Shown here: in pieces, positions 37,412 through 51,046 of the stretch
How positions within the stretch are numbered: the first letter of the stretch is position 1
How the letters are laid out: every line of letters begins with the position of its first letter
Assembly (NCBI GenBank): GCA_049724395.1
Contig: JAUGWO010000091.1
Span: 186,001 to 250,000, forward strand
Direction of reading: 5' to 3'
DNA: 64,000 nucleotides
From: Spongospora subterranea f. sp. subterranea
Lineage: Eukaryota
Translations under genes and position numbers: made by a program
Notes under the pieces: generated by a model
Told to the model about the DNA's origin: nothing
The model's database searches: none
Seen by the model: the letters and a program-made list of their open reading frames with translations, nothing else

Positions 37412-40223
37412 TTAAATCTGTGGCAGTTTCTTCACTTCAGCAACAAGAAAATCGATTACGGAAGGGTCTAATAGAGTAGTAACATCTCCAAAACCCTGTG
37501 GGTTGAACTCTCGCGATGCTATTTTTCTCAGCAGTCTTCTCATGATTTTGCCACTGCGGGTTTTAGGTAAGGACGGGGTAATGACGACTTCATCGGGCCG
37601 TGCAAATGCTCCGATGAGGTCCCGAACGCTTGCTTGCAATTCCAGTATCAAGGCGGGGCTGGAAACGATATCCTCTTTGACCGTGACATATGCGAATAGG
37701 CATTCTCCTAAGCAAATCAGTTTTGTTGAACAAAAAATAATGAAAATAATTGAGAATATGACCTTTTATGTTGTGTGGTCTCCCAACCACAGCAGCTGTA
37801 AACGATTAAATACATACAAAGTCTCAAGTTCGACAGCTGAGCTGTTCTAACCTTCAGCAACAGATCTATGGGCTACAAGCGCGGATTCGACCTCGGCAGA
37901 ACCAATACGATGCCCCGATACGTTCACAACATCGTCGATACGACCGGTTATCCAATAATATCCATCGCCATCACGGATGCATCCGTCCCCAGTCAAATAA
38001 CTTCCTAGAAAGTTTTTAAAACTTCGCTGTTAAGGTTTAGGTTTCCATATCTTGATACCTGGATATGGCTGCATATAAACCGCCATATATCTGAACAAAC
38101 GGTTAACCAATGTACGAGCGTTGAAACGTGGATACCTGGCATGGTCTCCATGGATTGTCCTAGCCATTCCAGGCCATGGCTTATCAATAGTTAAGATGCC
38201 CGCTGACATTTCGTCCCTCAACAACAGCTCCAGACATCGCGTCGCGAATGCTCAGGTGTACTCCAAAAAACGGAAGAGAAGCGCTTCCTGGCTTCATTGG
38301 AGTAACACCCTATGACCATTCAGGTAATGCTTTATCGATTCTCGCCAACCCTTACAGCGATAGGTGACACCATTACGCCACCAGTCTCCGTTTGCCAATA
38401 TGTGTCTGACCAGCTTTAAGTGAATTGCGAGGTGGAATGTTTACGGTTTCTTACCCACTATTGTACATTCGCCTTTTCCAACATGGTTGAAGTACCACCG
38501 CCATGCTTCGGCTAAGAGCAATTTTAGATTAGCTGTCCCCAAGGTGCAAAAAAGATGTTACGATTTATAGGTTCTCCGACTGTTCCCAAAACACGGAGGC
38601 TGGAGAGATCGTACCCCGTAAATTGGTCTATTCCAAACCTCATCAGTGCGCGAATGGCCGTCCTGAATGATAAAACACTGTTGTCAATTCTCGTGAGGAT
38701 GGATTCGAAGAACATTATTTACGGAGAGGTGTAAAATATGTTGACTTTATGGCGTTGAATCAGATCCCAATACCGTGACGGGTTCGGGTAGAGCGGCGTG
38801 CTTTGAAACATTAAGGTTGTCGTTCCGTTGATTAGCGGTCCATAAACAATCTGTCCCAGATGAATAATCGTGAACATATGAAATTGACAGAACATTTGAA
38901 ATCTATTACGTAAGAATGCCCAGTAATCCATCCTAAAGATCCTTATCAGTTAAAAAAATCCAAATTATTGAGCAACAAGTCATACCAACGTCCGCAACGC
39001 AAGCATAGATGTCTGTTTCTTGCAACCCAAAGACGACTTTATGTGTGTAAGAAGACCATACAGAATATCCGGCGCTTGAATGAATAATTCCTGAATGTAA
39101 GTAATCAATGAATGCCAATCCTATGTTTTGAGGAACTTGTTGATACCTTTTGGTCTACCAGTAGAACCAGACGTGTATAGTATAAAAAGAGGGTCTTCGC
39201 TGTCCATTCTCTACATGTCATTAAGGCATCGCTCAAGGCTAGCACATAAACGCTGACTTCACATGGGCAATATGGCCTTTGTTTCTCCACCATTTCAGAA
39301 TAATCCAAAAATACGGGGCATTTCAGATCGATGGGTGTCGATTTATCTTGATTGAACACCAAGACATGCTCAACGCAATTGCAATTGGCAACTGCCTTCT
39401 CGACGATAGAAAGAAGCGCTGCCCGTTTTCCACCCCGCATAGATTCCGACGCTGTAATCACAACCTACCCGGCCGTTGATTTTATCAAATTTGACAACCT
39501 TGACAGCAAAAATACCTTGCATTTTGCATCTAAGATTCGCTCTTTGATCGCCTCGTGGGAAAATCCAGCAAAAACAACACTGTGAGGAGCACCTGACGAT
39601 CGTAATGAATCGGAAAAACTACAAAACGTGAAACTAGGTACCGATTCGGGCACACGCTAACATAGCAACGGCACTTTCAGGGCACATCGGCATGTAAATG
39701 CAGACGCAGTCTCCTTTTCTTACTCCTAAGCTCTTCAGACAGTTCGAAAGTCTGCAAACATCGTTGTATCTGGAAGAATAAATAATCTTCAAAGATACTG
39801 TAAAAAGCACCTACAGCTGCTGATAAGTTATATATCGAACATCGTTCAGCTCATCTCCTTGATAAATAATGGCATTCTTATTTGCCCGAGTCTCAAGATG
39901 GCGATCAACTGCATTATAACAAACATTAATTGTGCCATTGACAAACCAGGCTACATCCCCGTTCGTAAGTGACCCAGTCATAACATGAGTATAGGGGGTA
40001 AAAAACGTCACTTGCTCTGCTGCAACCTATCAATAATCATTCAATTGAATAGCAAGTTAAGATTAGTAAACAATAGTACTTCATTCCAGAACGCAACAGA
40101 GTCATTAATCGACCGATTATACTGTTTTTCGTATTCTTCAAGTGAAGATACAACGCCTTCAACCGACTTGATCGGAGGAGGGTAAGTGTCATTACTTGGC
40201 AACAACACACCGTCAATCGCCAT
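37412..40223 (-). CDS. ACS: Acetyl-CoA synthetase (multi-exon)
   Basis: [128 protein letters not shown]. Confidence 0.96.
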
Positions 40224-41433
40224 GATCAGAAAACGTTGGGCGACCGATTTAGTGATGTAAACCAATCAGATTGTGAAATATGCACAAGATTGGAGAAAAA
40301 TAATCAGATACAGTTAAGCAGGAGGCCGCAGTTCGTGTGATAAGTTACCTAATAAGGCTCCACCGGCCACGCCAGTTCCACGATTTTCAGAAACGCTACA
40401 AACCGGACGCATTTTTTCGTGTTACACCAGGCCCAAGAAATAACACGAAAACATTTGTGTATGCCAATTTCACACAGCGATACTTTTTATATGCCTGCGT
40501 GAGAACCTCCCTAGCGAGAAGGGAAACAGCAACGAAGTTTGAACTTCAATGACACTCGATGTGTTTCTTTCAGTTTTAGACAGCGCAAAAAGGGTGTGTT
40601 TTGGCTCTAAACCAGCCTGTTGTGTGTAACAAAGTGGTGTTCTACTGTACGGTGACATTGGAACAAATTTCGTTGCGCACAGACAGCTAAGATGTGCTGT
40701 ACCGGTGTACATACTCTCGTCGCAAAATTTTACGTTGATTTGCGCATGCCTCAGCGTTTTTTCAGGTGAATCTGATCCTGTTCACATGGTTAAGAATCCA
40801 TTGGATCCGGAAATTGTCAAGTTTGATTGGATGAAAACTTTTCTCCAACCTGTCATGTCGAAGATCAAAGCAAGAGAACGTAGTTTGTTTAGACAAGTTC
40901 TCAAGATAACGCGAAGATTACACAGCTCCACAAAATTCAGAAATCATGTTACACAGATTATATAAACAACACAATTTGAGGATTGAAGCTGGTGGATAAA
41001 AGCGATAATTGATAATCGATTTTTTCTCATATCAAGCCATATAACCCGACATCGTCCTTGGAAATATCCATGACCGTTTAACAAAAAATCTCGTAGAGTA
41101 GACGGTTCAATCATCTCGCGCGAATGCGGATAGCTTCATGTCAATATTCTCGAATTTTCTTTCCCGGAAAGTAGTACTCCTAAAATCAAGGCAATAGGGT
41201 CGCCAAATTTCTGTTGAACTGGCGTAGACAACGATTGACACACCGAGTGACGACTTTACTCACGGGCCTTCCAATCACTGCAAACCTCCGGGCTCCGGCT
41301 CCGTGGGGATCCTCCCTCCCCCCTCCCCCTCCCACTTAAAGGTCGTTACATCACGTTTAAACATTTGAACCAGTGAAATTCTTTGTTTTTGGCTTTGATC
41401 CGTACACCTTGAGTTCATTACTTATATCAAAAG

Positions 41434-44400
41434 ATGAATGGCAATGCGGCTGGCTATGATATATCGTCCATTGCGAATCAACCAAGTGACATAGTGCCCA
41501 ATACAATCAAACAGCGGCGTCCTGATTTGACCGTCGAGGTTCGGTTATCTACTATGATTAAAGTATTTCGTCACCTTGTGAACCAAATATCAGGATGTGG
41601 CCCTCGTTGCCCGTACTTTGAAAGCGTTTCATGACTGTGGAGGCAACATTCGGCGCACCAGAATGCAATCGTCTATGCATTCATTGCGATTTTCAGCTCG
41701 TGTTGCCTCATATTTTGGCGTTCCCTCTTGTCAGGAAAATTACACTATTGAGTCAGAGGACCTTGTTCCGGATTCTTTGGTTATTAGTGACGATATAAGG
41801 GTTATTTTCTTGTTTCTTACCAACCATCAACTTCTTGACTGATTTTCATTATTTCAGCTAATTTCAATATGTAACAATTCGTCAATAATGCTAATCAATC
41901 TCCTGTCCATAACTGTGTTGCCCGACTCCTTATATGGCTACCGCGTTATTCTCTGGTTTTGGCACGTCGAGGACACGTATTCATTGCTTCAGGCACCCTC
42001 ACCGTAGGACAGATTGAGTTCTTGATTGTGCTCATGCGGTATCTGACTTTAATTTCAAGAGGGGGACCGAAGCGGTGTATTGTTGTCGCCGGAACGTCTG
42101 AACTCATGCGCAAATTCGTTTCTTCCATCTATTCTTCTGCTTCCATTTACTTCGATGAGGGCGCTCTTAAATTGCAGTTCCCTGAAGCGGAATGGGTTTT
42201 TGACACTACGCGTCTATCCAGCATCAGTCGAACAGAAGCAAGGCATATCGTTATTTGTGAACTTCTACAGATGCCTGTCAACGGTACCAACACACTGGCT
42301 TAAGCATCTTAATTTAAAGTTTGAATTTCTCAATCAGAGGTGTTTTTGCAAAGACTTCGCCACGGTTTCGAAGAAATGTTCGATGCGAAGAAAACACTTA
42401 ACTTATGCAGTTGTATTGGGGACCAAAAATTGATCGCGTCATTGGCGTCCCATCAAATCCAAGCAATACTGTTTACTGTTTTATTTTCTCTTCGCTATTC
42501 TGCCGGAGTTCTCTTTCGTGCAGGTTCGATAAAGCTTATATATATATGTTTTCTCGTCCCCCGACGGTGATACGATTTCTTCAGTTCATGCATTCAGATT
42601 GCCATTATCGGATGGCACTGTGAGGTCTTTGATGAAGGTTCTGGATCCTTCCAAGATTGAGCATTTCGAACTAATCGATTGTTGTATTACTGCTACCGGA
42701 TTTTCACATATTTTATATCGCTTGGCAACATCACAAAATACCAGCGCTTTAAGGTCGATTATCTTAACCGGCAATCCGATCGGAGACCACGATATCGCTT
42801 CATTGATTCGAATATTACCTTCTATAAATCCGAATCTGGAAGTACTTAAAATTGGTTTCTTTCGCCCAATGTGACTAATGCTCCTAGCTGACATGGATTC
42901 AGGTAGTACTAACTCAGCAATGCAGTCGGCAGCTTCTCTTTCACAGATGCTCAGTCTTACTAAACTGCAAAGATTGGATATCTCTGGCATTTCATTGACT
43001 CGTGTCAGTGCCGAAGATATCGGATCCGGAATCCGACAGGCACTACATTTGCGGCATGTCTCATGCTGCCTTGCGGTGGACAATGTCCACATATTGATCA
43101 ACGCTTTAGCTGACGTTGCTCAGTATCGTTTGGAATCATTTGTTGCTGTGAGCACGGTTATCAACTCTAAAGGCATCGCATCCCTTGCAAGATTGCTTAA
43201 AACCACGTAATAGTTAGATTGTTTCCAAATGTTCTTAATTCAAGGATATTTCACAGGTTGTGTCTATCCAGTTTAATTATTTCTCAATGTGGATTGACCA
43301 GAAACCGCCTATCGACTCTTCTCGTTGCTCTTGCAGCTAACCCAAACAACTTTTCTCTTGTTCTAGATGTTTCAAAGAACAACCTTAAAGGCGGTGTTGC
43401 TTATTCTTTCGCGAGAGTCCAAGGTCGCTGTTTACGCATGTATCTGCAATTATCTTACAATCGATGTGCAGACGACTTGAACCAACCTTGCCATGGACTA
43501 TCAAATATTATCGGCTTGTTTCTTGGCAGTAATAACATAACAGGTTCAGATTTGAAAAGCACATGCTCAGTGCTCAAATTGATTCCTCGACTTTCGTTTG
43601 TTTCGTTCGACGGACCAGAAGTGTCTAATAGCCCAGTGTCTGTTTCAAGAAAATTGCATATGGATGTGTGATTGACTTGTTATCTTTAGAAACAGGGTAA
43701 CTGACGCCACTGCATTGTCCAGCTTTCTAGCCCAAAGTCCACAAATCAGCTGCCTATCAATGCGAGGCATTCTAGGCCCGAAAGGTGTTCGAGCGTTTTG
43801 CAAAGCATGCTTAATTCACACAAATCCTACAAGTTTGCAGACTATTGATGTCAGAAAGACCGTTGAGTGTTTTCCACTTGTAATCTGATGTACTCTAGAT
43901 TTCATCTAATGCCATGGACCTCAAGGCTTTCGTTGCATTCTGTGATTTTTTGCTAAGTACTTCTGCCTCGTCTCTGACCAATCTTATTCTTGATAACAAT
44001 CGAGCAACACCGGAATGCGTCATCGAGCTAAGGAATGCGCTCAAACGCAATAGCAAAGTTTGTTACGTGCAGATAAATCATGATTGCGCTGAAATAAGTA
44101 AAACTGCGAATATGGCATTGAAAAATGAATCGTTCTACGACGTCGTCCGTGATATTGAGGTAATTTGGTATGAGGCAGTGGGCATTGCTTTGACTCGATT
44201 TTTTTTCATCAGATGGTGACGGTAGCCAATAAGTGGAGATACAGAGAACGAGAGCAGGAAGTTCCAGTACCTTTGCATCTCTGTATTAAAAACATTATAA
44301 GTTTAAAGGATCCGTTTGCGAACATCAATTCGGTAATGTTTCAGCCTGAAGCCCCAAGTAAACGCTCGGTGTTTGGAATCGACCTGTTTCGTCTAGAATG

Positions 44401-45069
44401 GTAAGTTTGACTAGTGCCGTTTTCATGTCGTATTCAGGACGCTATCAATTTTCCTTGTTACAGCTCCATTGAGAAACATGTTTCTGGTCCTGTTCCCGTT
44501 GTACTACAGCTGATTAATAATACCCTGGAAACACTCGACGCTTATAAAACTGAAGGCATCTTTCGAATCGCACCTTCGAAATCTGAGCAAGAAACCGTAC
44601 GATCTTTTTTAGAACAAGCTGTCTATCCTAGATGCCAAGACGTGCATGCTGTTGCTGATGTTTGCAAACAATGGTACAATTTACGAGTTGTGGATTATGG
44701 TTTGTGTTATTTTAAACTACAGTTAGGTTGCGCGAACTTCCATCTCGGCTTTTCGACATTCTCTCTGTTGAGACCATCGTATCTGGGGCAACACCCGAAA
44801 TCGTTGGCGGCATTGTTTGGGCAATGCCGGAACCCTGGAGAAGTACAACTCGATTCTTGATGCACATGTGTGCTCGCGTTGCGTCATTTACAAATGAAAA
44901 CAAAATGACTCCAAAGGGATTGGCAATTATTCTATCTCCTAACATGATTTCCGATTCCAAACTGGAAATTGGACAAGCAATTGACATCTTCGCCTCAGTT
45001 AAGATATTTTTAGAAAACGCAATTCTTTTCGCATTAAGTGAGAATAAAGAGAATGCATTATCTTTTTAA
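41434..45069 (+). CDS. Leucine-rich-repeat plus C-terminal RhoGAP protein (multi-exon)
   Basis: Ribonuclease-inhibitor-like LRRs (LRSIILTGNPIGD, LQRLDISG, LDVSKNNL, LILDNNR). RhoGAP: SVFGIDL..VPVVL..TEGIFRI..DVHAVADVCKQWLRELP..NKMTPKGLAIILSPN. Confidence 0.85.
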
Positions 45070-45117
45070 TACCATACAATTTACAATATGATTATCAACA
45101 AATGTGCATAAGGAGTT

Positions 45118-46299
45118 TCAGTCTTCTTCAAGTGTCAAATCCAGTACCGAAAGCTCACCACTCAAATTGCACGAAGTAAGTTGGCTGGATGGTTCCGAAG
45201 CACTATCGTCATCAACAATTTCGGTGTTGTTATTTGGGTCGATAAGCGCGGCAAGAGATACACCGTCTCTCGCGTCCCTTGATCACTTTAGCATTGCTGA
45301 AAATCCGGATACTCACAACTACGTACATATTTCGCTTTGTGACAAAATCGGACCATTGCATGTCACATTCACACATTGGACACAACAATTGATCAGGAAG
45401 TAGGCGGGTTTCGCATTTCGCGTGTCGCCACAAGCAAACAATGTGGATGGGTGCAACGCAGTTGGGACAATGCCCTAGTCGCGACTGTTTAGCAGATTAG
45501 CACGATAAACATCATGGAAAATCAAAACCTACGGCGAGAGGCTTTGGAACGAAACAAATGCGGCATAAATCATTAGATTCTTCAACTACATCTAATGTTG
45601 CGCATACCGCAAATAAACTTTGACCAAAATCCGATAGTGGACCCTTTGAATTCGATATAGATTTCGGAATATTCAGTAACAAACCTGGACATTGCTCAAG
45701 ATACACTTCGCTAAGATTATGGAGATATCTTGACCACGATTAGTAAAACCTCAGTTGACACGGTTCAATAAACCATTGCACACCTGACATGTAGTTGAAA
45801 ATGCGACCATGGCGCTATTCTGAGCATTGTATGGAGCAAAGAAAACTTTCCAAAAAGAGAGGTGACACCAACAGCACCCGTAGACCCGTGTTTTTTCAAA
45901 ACTCTTCCATTCTTTCTAAGCAGGGATATGTATTCGTCATAAAGCGGTCGCAGTCGCAAACTCATCTTAGAATGCTGGAACAGCTCAGAGCCACTATTTG
46001 CACAATGCCAAGGAACATACCTGCCAGGCCCATTCGAACTGCAGAGCAGCGACTTGGGATGGAAACCCATGCACAAAACAGATCATCTCCCATGGCGCCA
46101 AAGATTTGGTATGACGGGCCCCGCCTTGAATCTCGCCATTATGTTGGCGTAAGCGTCGTGGGGGATTGGTTGTGAAACCGATATAGTGATTCCGAGGCAA
46201 TGACGGTCCGTCTGAAACATTCACCTGAGAAGTCGGGCACAGCAGATAGCAGGCATAATGTGGCGCCCGCGGAACCCATTCTTCCATCGTCATTCCCAC
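45118..46299 (-). CDS. SLX1: Structure-specific endonuclease subunit SLX1 (GIY-YIG plus RING/PHD-like finger)
   Basis: [54 protein letters not shown]-terminal CRIC..CPNC..H..C..CPMC..W. Confidence 0.95.
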
Positions 46300-46567
46300 A
46301 TAAGAAACGGTGGCAAACAGCTCACCGTTACTGGAATGGGAAAACGCCAGTCAGCGCCACAGAACGGTTCCGTTGTAGCGGGGCCTTTAATGACCGGAAT
46401 AATGCAGTGTTGCGATATTGTGTTCTGTGGTCCCCGCTAACCTGGGGTTGGGGTGTAGGTGTGACGGGATGTCATCAGGCAGGGGAAGCGCCAAACATCC
46501 AGCTGCAGCGGACTATTTGTCAGTTGTCACATTTCGTAATCGGGGCATTTCTCTCTTCGGGGACGAA

Positions 46568-47251
46568 ATGGCCAGCGAAATTGACATGGATGTTAGTGAG
46601 AGCGATCAGCCCATCGTGGGACGAACGCGGGCCGATAACAACTGCAAGTTTGAAATCCGCAGCTGGAACGCGGTAGCTTTGTGGTCTTGGGGTTCGATTG
46701 TTTCACCAACGATGGATCTGTGTTGTTGATTTATTTCCAGATATTGCCGTTGACAATTGCGCTATTTGCAGAAATCATGTAAGCAGTTTTCATTTCTTAG
46801 ATAAGAAGTTTTTTTGGAATGAATTGCTGTTTTGCGGGACGCATTGCTACAATCCGCTTTTGTTTTGTGGGTTAACTATTGTTTATCGATTATGTCTTAA
46901 TTACTGTTTCTTGGTAGGTGATGGATCTTTGCATTGAATGGTAAGATTGTTTGAATCTTACATTCGTCTTTCCCTAATTCACTGAGCACTTTCGTAGTCA
47001 GGCTCGTAATTCGGATGCAACTGAAGAATGTACCGTTGCTTGGGGAACGTGTAATCACACATTCCATTTCCATTGTAGAATGTTATTTTATTGCCCGATG
47101 ATATTTCTGACATATTTATAGGCATATCCCGGTGGCTCAAGACCAGAGAAGTTTGCCCGCTTGGTAAACGTCTCGGCATCCTAGTTTTTCACCAGCTTAT
47201 ACAATCCATGTAGATAATCGACCATGGGAGTTTTTGAAATACGGCCGTTGA
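46568..47251 (+). CDS. RBX1: RING-box protein RBX1/ROC1 (multi-exon)
   Basis: [78 protein letters not shown]. Confidence 0.97.
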
Positions 47252-48035
47252 TATCCAGATTCATTGCCTAATATATGATCCAGCGCATTAATAAATAAGC
47301 GAAACCGCATACAGAAAAATCAGTTCGGCAGTTCCTGTGATTTTAAGTTCTTTCGTCAAAATTGCTTTCTCAAAACTTCTTCATCGATCAATTTCAGGTT
47401 ATGCTTTCTGTTTGACTGCTTTTCTGACCGTTTTCGTTTGTAGATGAATACAGAGGTTTGGTCTTTGAGCATTGTATACTGGTCTGATTGGCGTAACAGC
47501 CGGCACTACCCTTGCTCTTTCATACATTACAACTTGAAACTTCACTTTGTTCATAAGCTCAACTGGTTTATCGATGCGCGAGTTTGCGAAAGCAAATGCC
47601 AAGTTTCCGTTTTGTATTCCTGCTCATTCAATAGACTGTAGTAAAAGTACCTTACAGTACCTTCAAAAATGCTCAACAGTGCAGAGTAAAACATAACGCA
47701 GCGCGAATTGTCAAATTTTCGTGATTTTCTCAGTCCCCTTTTAAAGCACTGAACAAGCTCTCGTGAACCTAGAGTTACAATGCCTTTTGGCGACGATTTT
47801 CGAAGTCGGAAACTCCGATGCGCTTAAACGGAAGGTCGGTTATTCCCTCAGAATTCCGAAAATTATGTCGAACTGTGCAGTCAGAGAAACACTCGAATTT
47901 GGGAGCATGGCTTTTTGCATTGATGTCTTTTTTGGATTTTGTCATCATTAAACAATTTGTTGGTAAATAAATACAGTGTGCAAGTTTGAATTTTGGATAC
48001 GGAGTTTATCGTTGTAATTCATTATTGATTTTGAT

Positions 48036-50619
48036 ATGTCGTCTGTGAGTGATATTGTCTTATCGTCGGCACCGCTCGACGAGAAGCTGGCAACTTTCAA
48101 GACTGTCATTGATGATGTTATCGTCAATGGAGCTTTTGAAATTATGGCGAATACCATTACGCTTTGTGAGTGATGCACAGGCTCCAACAGGTTATGTCGC
48201 ATCAGGACCTGAACCGTTGATGCAGTGTTGCATAAAGTCGGGGAAAGCAACCCGATAACACGACCCGCCATCTCATATATTGTGGATTCATTGGCAAACG
48301 TGACCGATGACCAGGAATTAGAGTAATCTATCGCCTCGATTCATATTTCACAAAGTCCAATTCTTTTTTCTTGAATTTCTTCTACTTCGACAAAGATTTG
48401 ATCTACCATCGGAATATTTTCATATTCTCGCTCAAAATTATTCGATTTTCGTGCATTTGAAGCGTGTTTTTCCACTTGAACCTCAATCAATTTACTCTTG
48501 GTGACACCGACTATGGTAAATTCTACAGTTTACTTCTGCGACAGTTTGCACTCATGTTTAAAAAGCAGTTGCTCATTATTCCGTGTTCTGTCAGGAAGCT
48601 GTGCGCACATACGCTTTCATTGATGAGGAATAAAATCATGTATTATGGGGATGACGTAAAACACATCTTGCTGTTGGCCGCCCGTCCATAGCCACGCTCA
48701 TGTTCCATTTAGTGTCTAACTCTATCGGTCCTACAGTCGGAGGTTCATCAAGCTAAAGAGGAGTATTCCCAAGCCGCAAAGGTAAATTCAGCGAAATCAT
48801 CAACCTTGTTTTTCAGTGAAGCTATTTTTTATTTCGGATTTCTGTTTTAATTTTACCTCTTCAATGCTTCATTTACCAGTACTGGGTGTGGTAAATGACG
48901 TGGCTCTCCTTGTACCAGATTCTAGCTGAAGTGGACCTTGATCACATTAGCGAGGTGGCTGCTCGTGCTAACCTTCTACTACGTATCACCGAGCTTTATT
49001 TAGCCGACGATGACTCTGTTGCAGCTTCACGCTATGTTTTACGCGCCCATCGCCTAATTGGACAATGCGCCAATAACACTGCTTTGCTTGTTCGCCATAA
49101 AGTAAGCTCTTGAACTGATCAATATTGTACTTGAAAAGTTGCCCGTTCGTTTTGACAATAAACGTTTCCTCGGTACAATGAAGTAATAACGCGCTCAAAG
49201 ATAAGCCGATACTCATGTTTTTGTTTTAGAGCAGCTATGCTCAAGTATTAGACGCCGAACGCAAATTTCAAGATGCCGCCCTGCGATATTTGTCATTGTC
49301 GCAGATGGATTGCCCAGATTTGATCAGTGATACTGATCAAGTAAGAAGACAGTTCCTTCGTTTTCACAATTCATTCAGTTCTTCACTCCTCTTTATATGA
49401 CTCAATTGTAACATCTCAACATTAATTTAATCTTCTTGCTCAACTTGACGCCGGTTTTTGAATTTTTGTTTTCATTTCTGTTAAACGTATTTTGATTCTT
49501 GTAATCACCTTCTACATGCATCTATAAATATCAATTCATGGTATAGGTTATTGCATTACAGCATGCGGCTACATGTGCAATATTGGCGGGGGCAGGTCAG
49601 AATGCGTTACGAGATTTTTCGATGTTATCGTTTATCTAGTCATACCCGTTGAACCATGTTTCCTTTGTTTGGTTTTCTAATAATCCAGATATTGTTGACT
49701 AATCGGCTATTTAATAATCAGGTCCATCTCGGTCCCGCGTTTTGGCGCTTCTGTATAACGACCCGCGAGCTCGTGCCCTGCCGAATTACGCCATGTTAGA
49801 GGCGATGCATTGCAACAAAATCATCGGCCCCGAGCAGCAGACGCAGTTCAGGGAGCTCTTGAAACCTCATCAGAATGCCGACCTGTGAGTTCTCAAAGCC
49901 ACTCTCTGTTTGCACTTCTCTCACCATCGACCTTCTGTTAGCGCTGGCGGATCAACCATTCTGCAGCGCGCCGTTCTAGAGCGTAATGGGAAACTTTCAC
50001 TCACCGTTGATTCTTTATAATTGAACAACTTGCTTTCATATTTTCAGTTCCTGAATGACTGTTCGTCTCGGATCCTCAATATGTCTTTTTTCCAGATAAC
50101 ATGCTGGCGGTATCGAAATTATACCAGAATATCTCTTTGGTAATGTCCCATTGTCTCGCTTAGATCCTGCGGCGTTAAATTGATCATATATGCTGTCAGT
50201 CGTCATTAGGTAAACGTCTTTCTATCTCATGTGAAGAAGCCGAGACTGTTGCTGCGCTAATGATCGAGCAAGGGCGCATGCATGGAATAATCGATCAAGT
50301 TGCTCAAAGTATAATTTTTCAAGACGGTGAGTATTGGCGTATTCGCCGCCATTTTTGGGATTGTTACCAAATGATTTCAATTTTTCCCTAAGGCTCCGAA
50401 TCCTACTTTCGATAGTGGGTCAACATTAAGTATTTGCATATTTGCATTTTCTATCATCTCCTTTTGTCGTAGCTCGCATTGCTCGTATTAATCATTGCAG
50501 TAGTTAATATCAAGTGCCCATTGGGATCATGGGATGACCAAATTCAGGCGTTTTGTTCATCCTTGAACTCTGTGGCAGACAATGTCGCTGATCAAATCGC
50601 AGTCGGTCGTGCTACATAA
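48036..50619 (+). CDS. COPS4: COP9 signalosome subunit 4 (multi-exon)
   Basis: ITELYLADDD.V.A..Y..RA; YAQVLDAERKFQDAA.RY; CAILAGAGPSRSRVLALLYND.R; LKPHQ.A..G.TILQRAVLEHNMLA.SKLYQNIS; PCI domain AE..AA.MIEQGRM.G.IDQ; WDDQIQ.FC. Confidence 0.93.
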
Positions 50620-51046
50620 CATCGTGGTTTCGCCGCGCTACTGTCATCGCTTCTATTTATTTCACCTTAAATAACTTATAAACTCTTTGTGCCCAGTTAT
50701 ACCCACTCGAAGATACTCTTGTGTTTGTTCAACGAGGTTGCCAACTCTCAGTCAGATCCCCGTCCATGGTCAATGTTCACCCAGACTACGGTAGACCCTG
50801 CAATCTTCGTTTCACAACCATATGTACTACATATACAAATGTTAGTCCAGACGAATGGTGATCTTCACCACACTTACCAACGGTTGTATCGTATCTCTAC
50901 TCTACCATTGACCATGCATTGATACTGTTCAATTTACCTGTGAAAGCAGTTGCAGCGTCTGTGTAGTCCGCCGTCATCACTGTTATTCGGCTCAAGTCGT
51001 CACGCTTTATAATAAATCATAATGCAATAATTGCGCTAGGAGTGTG

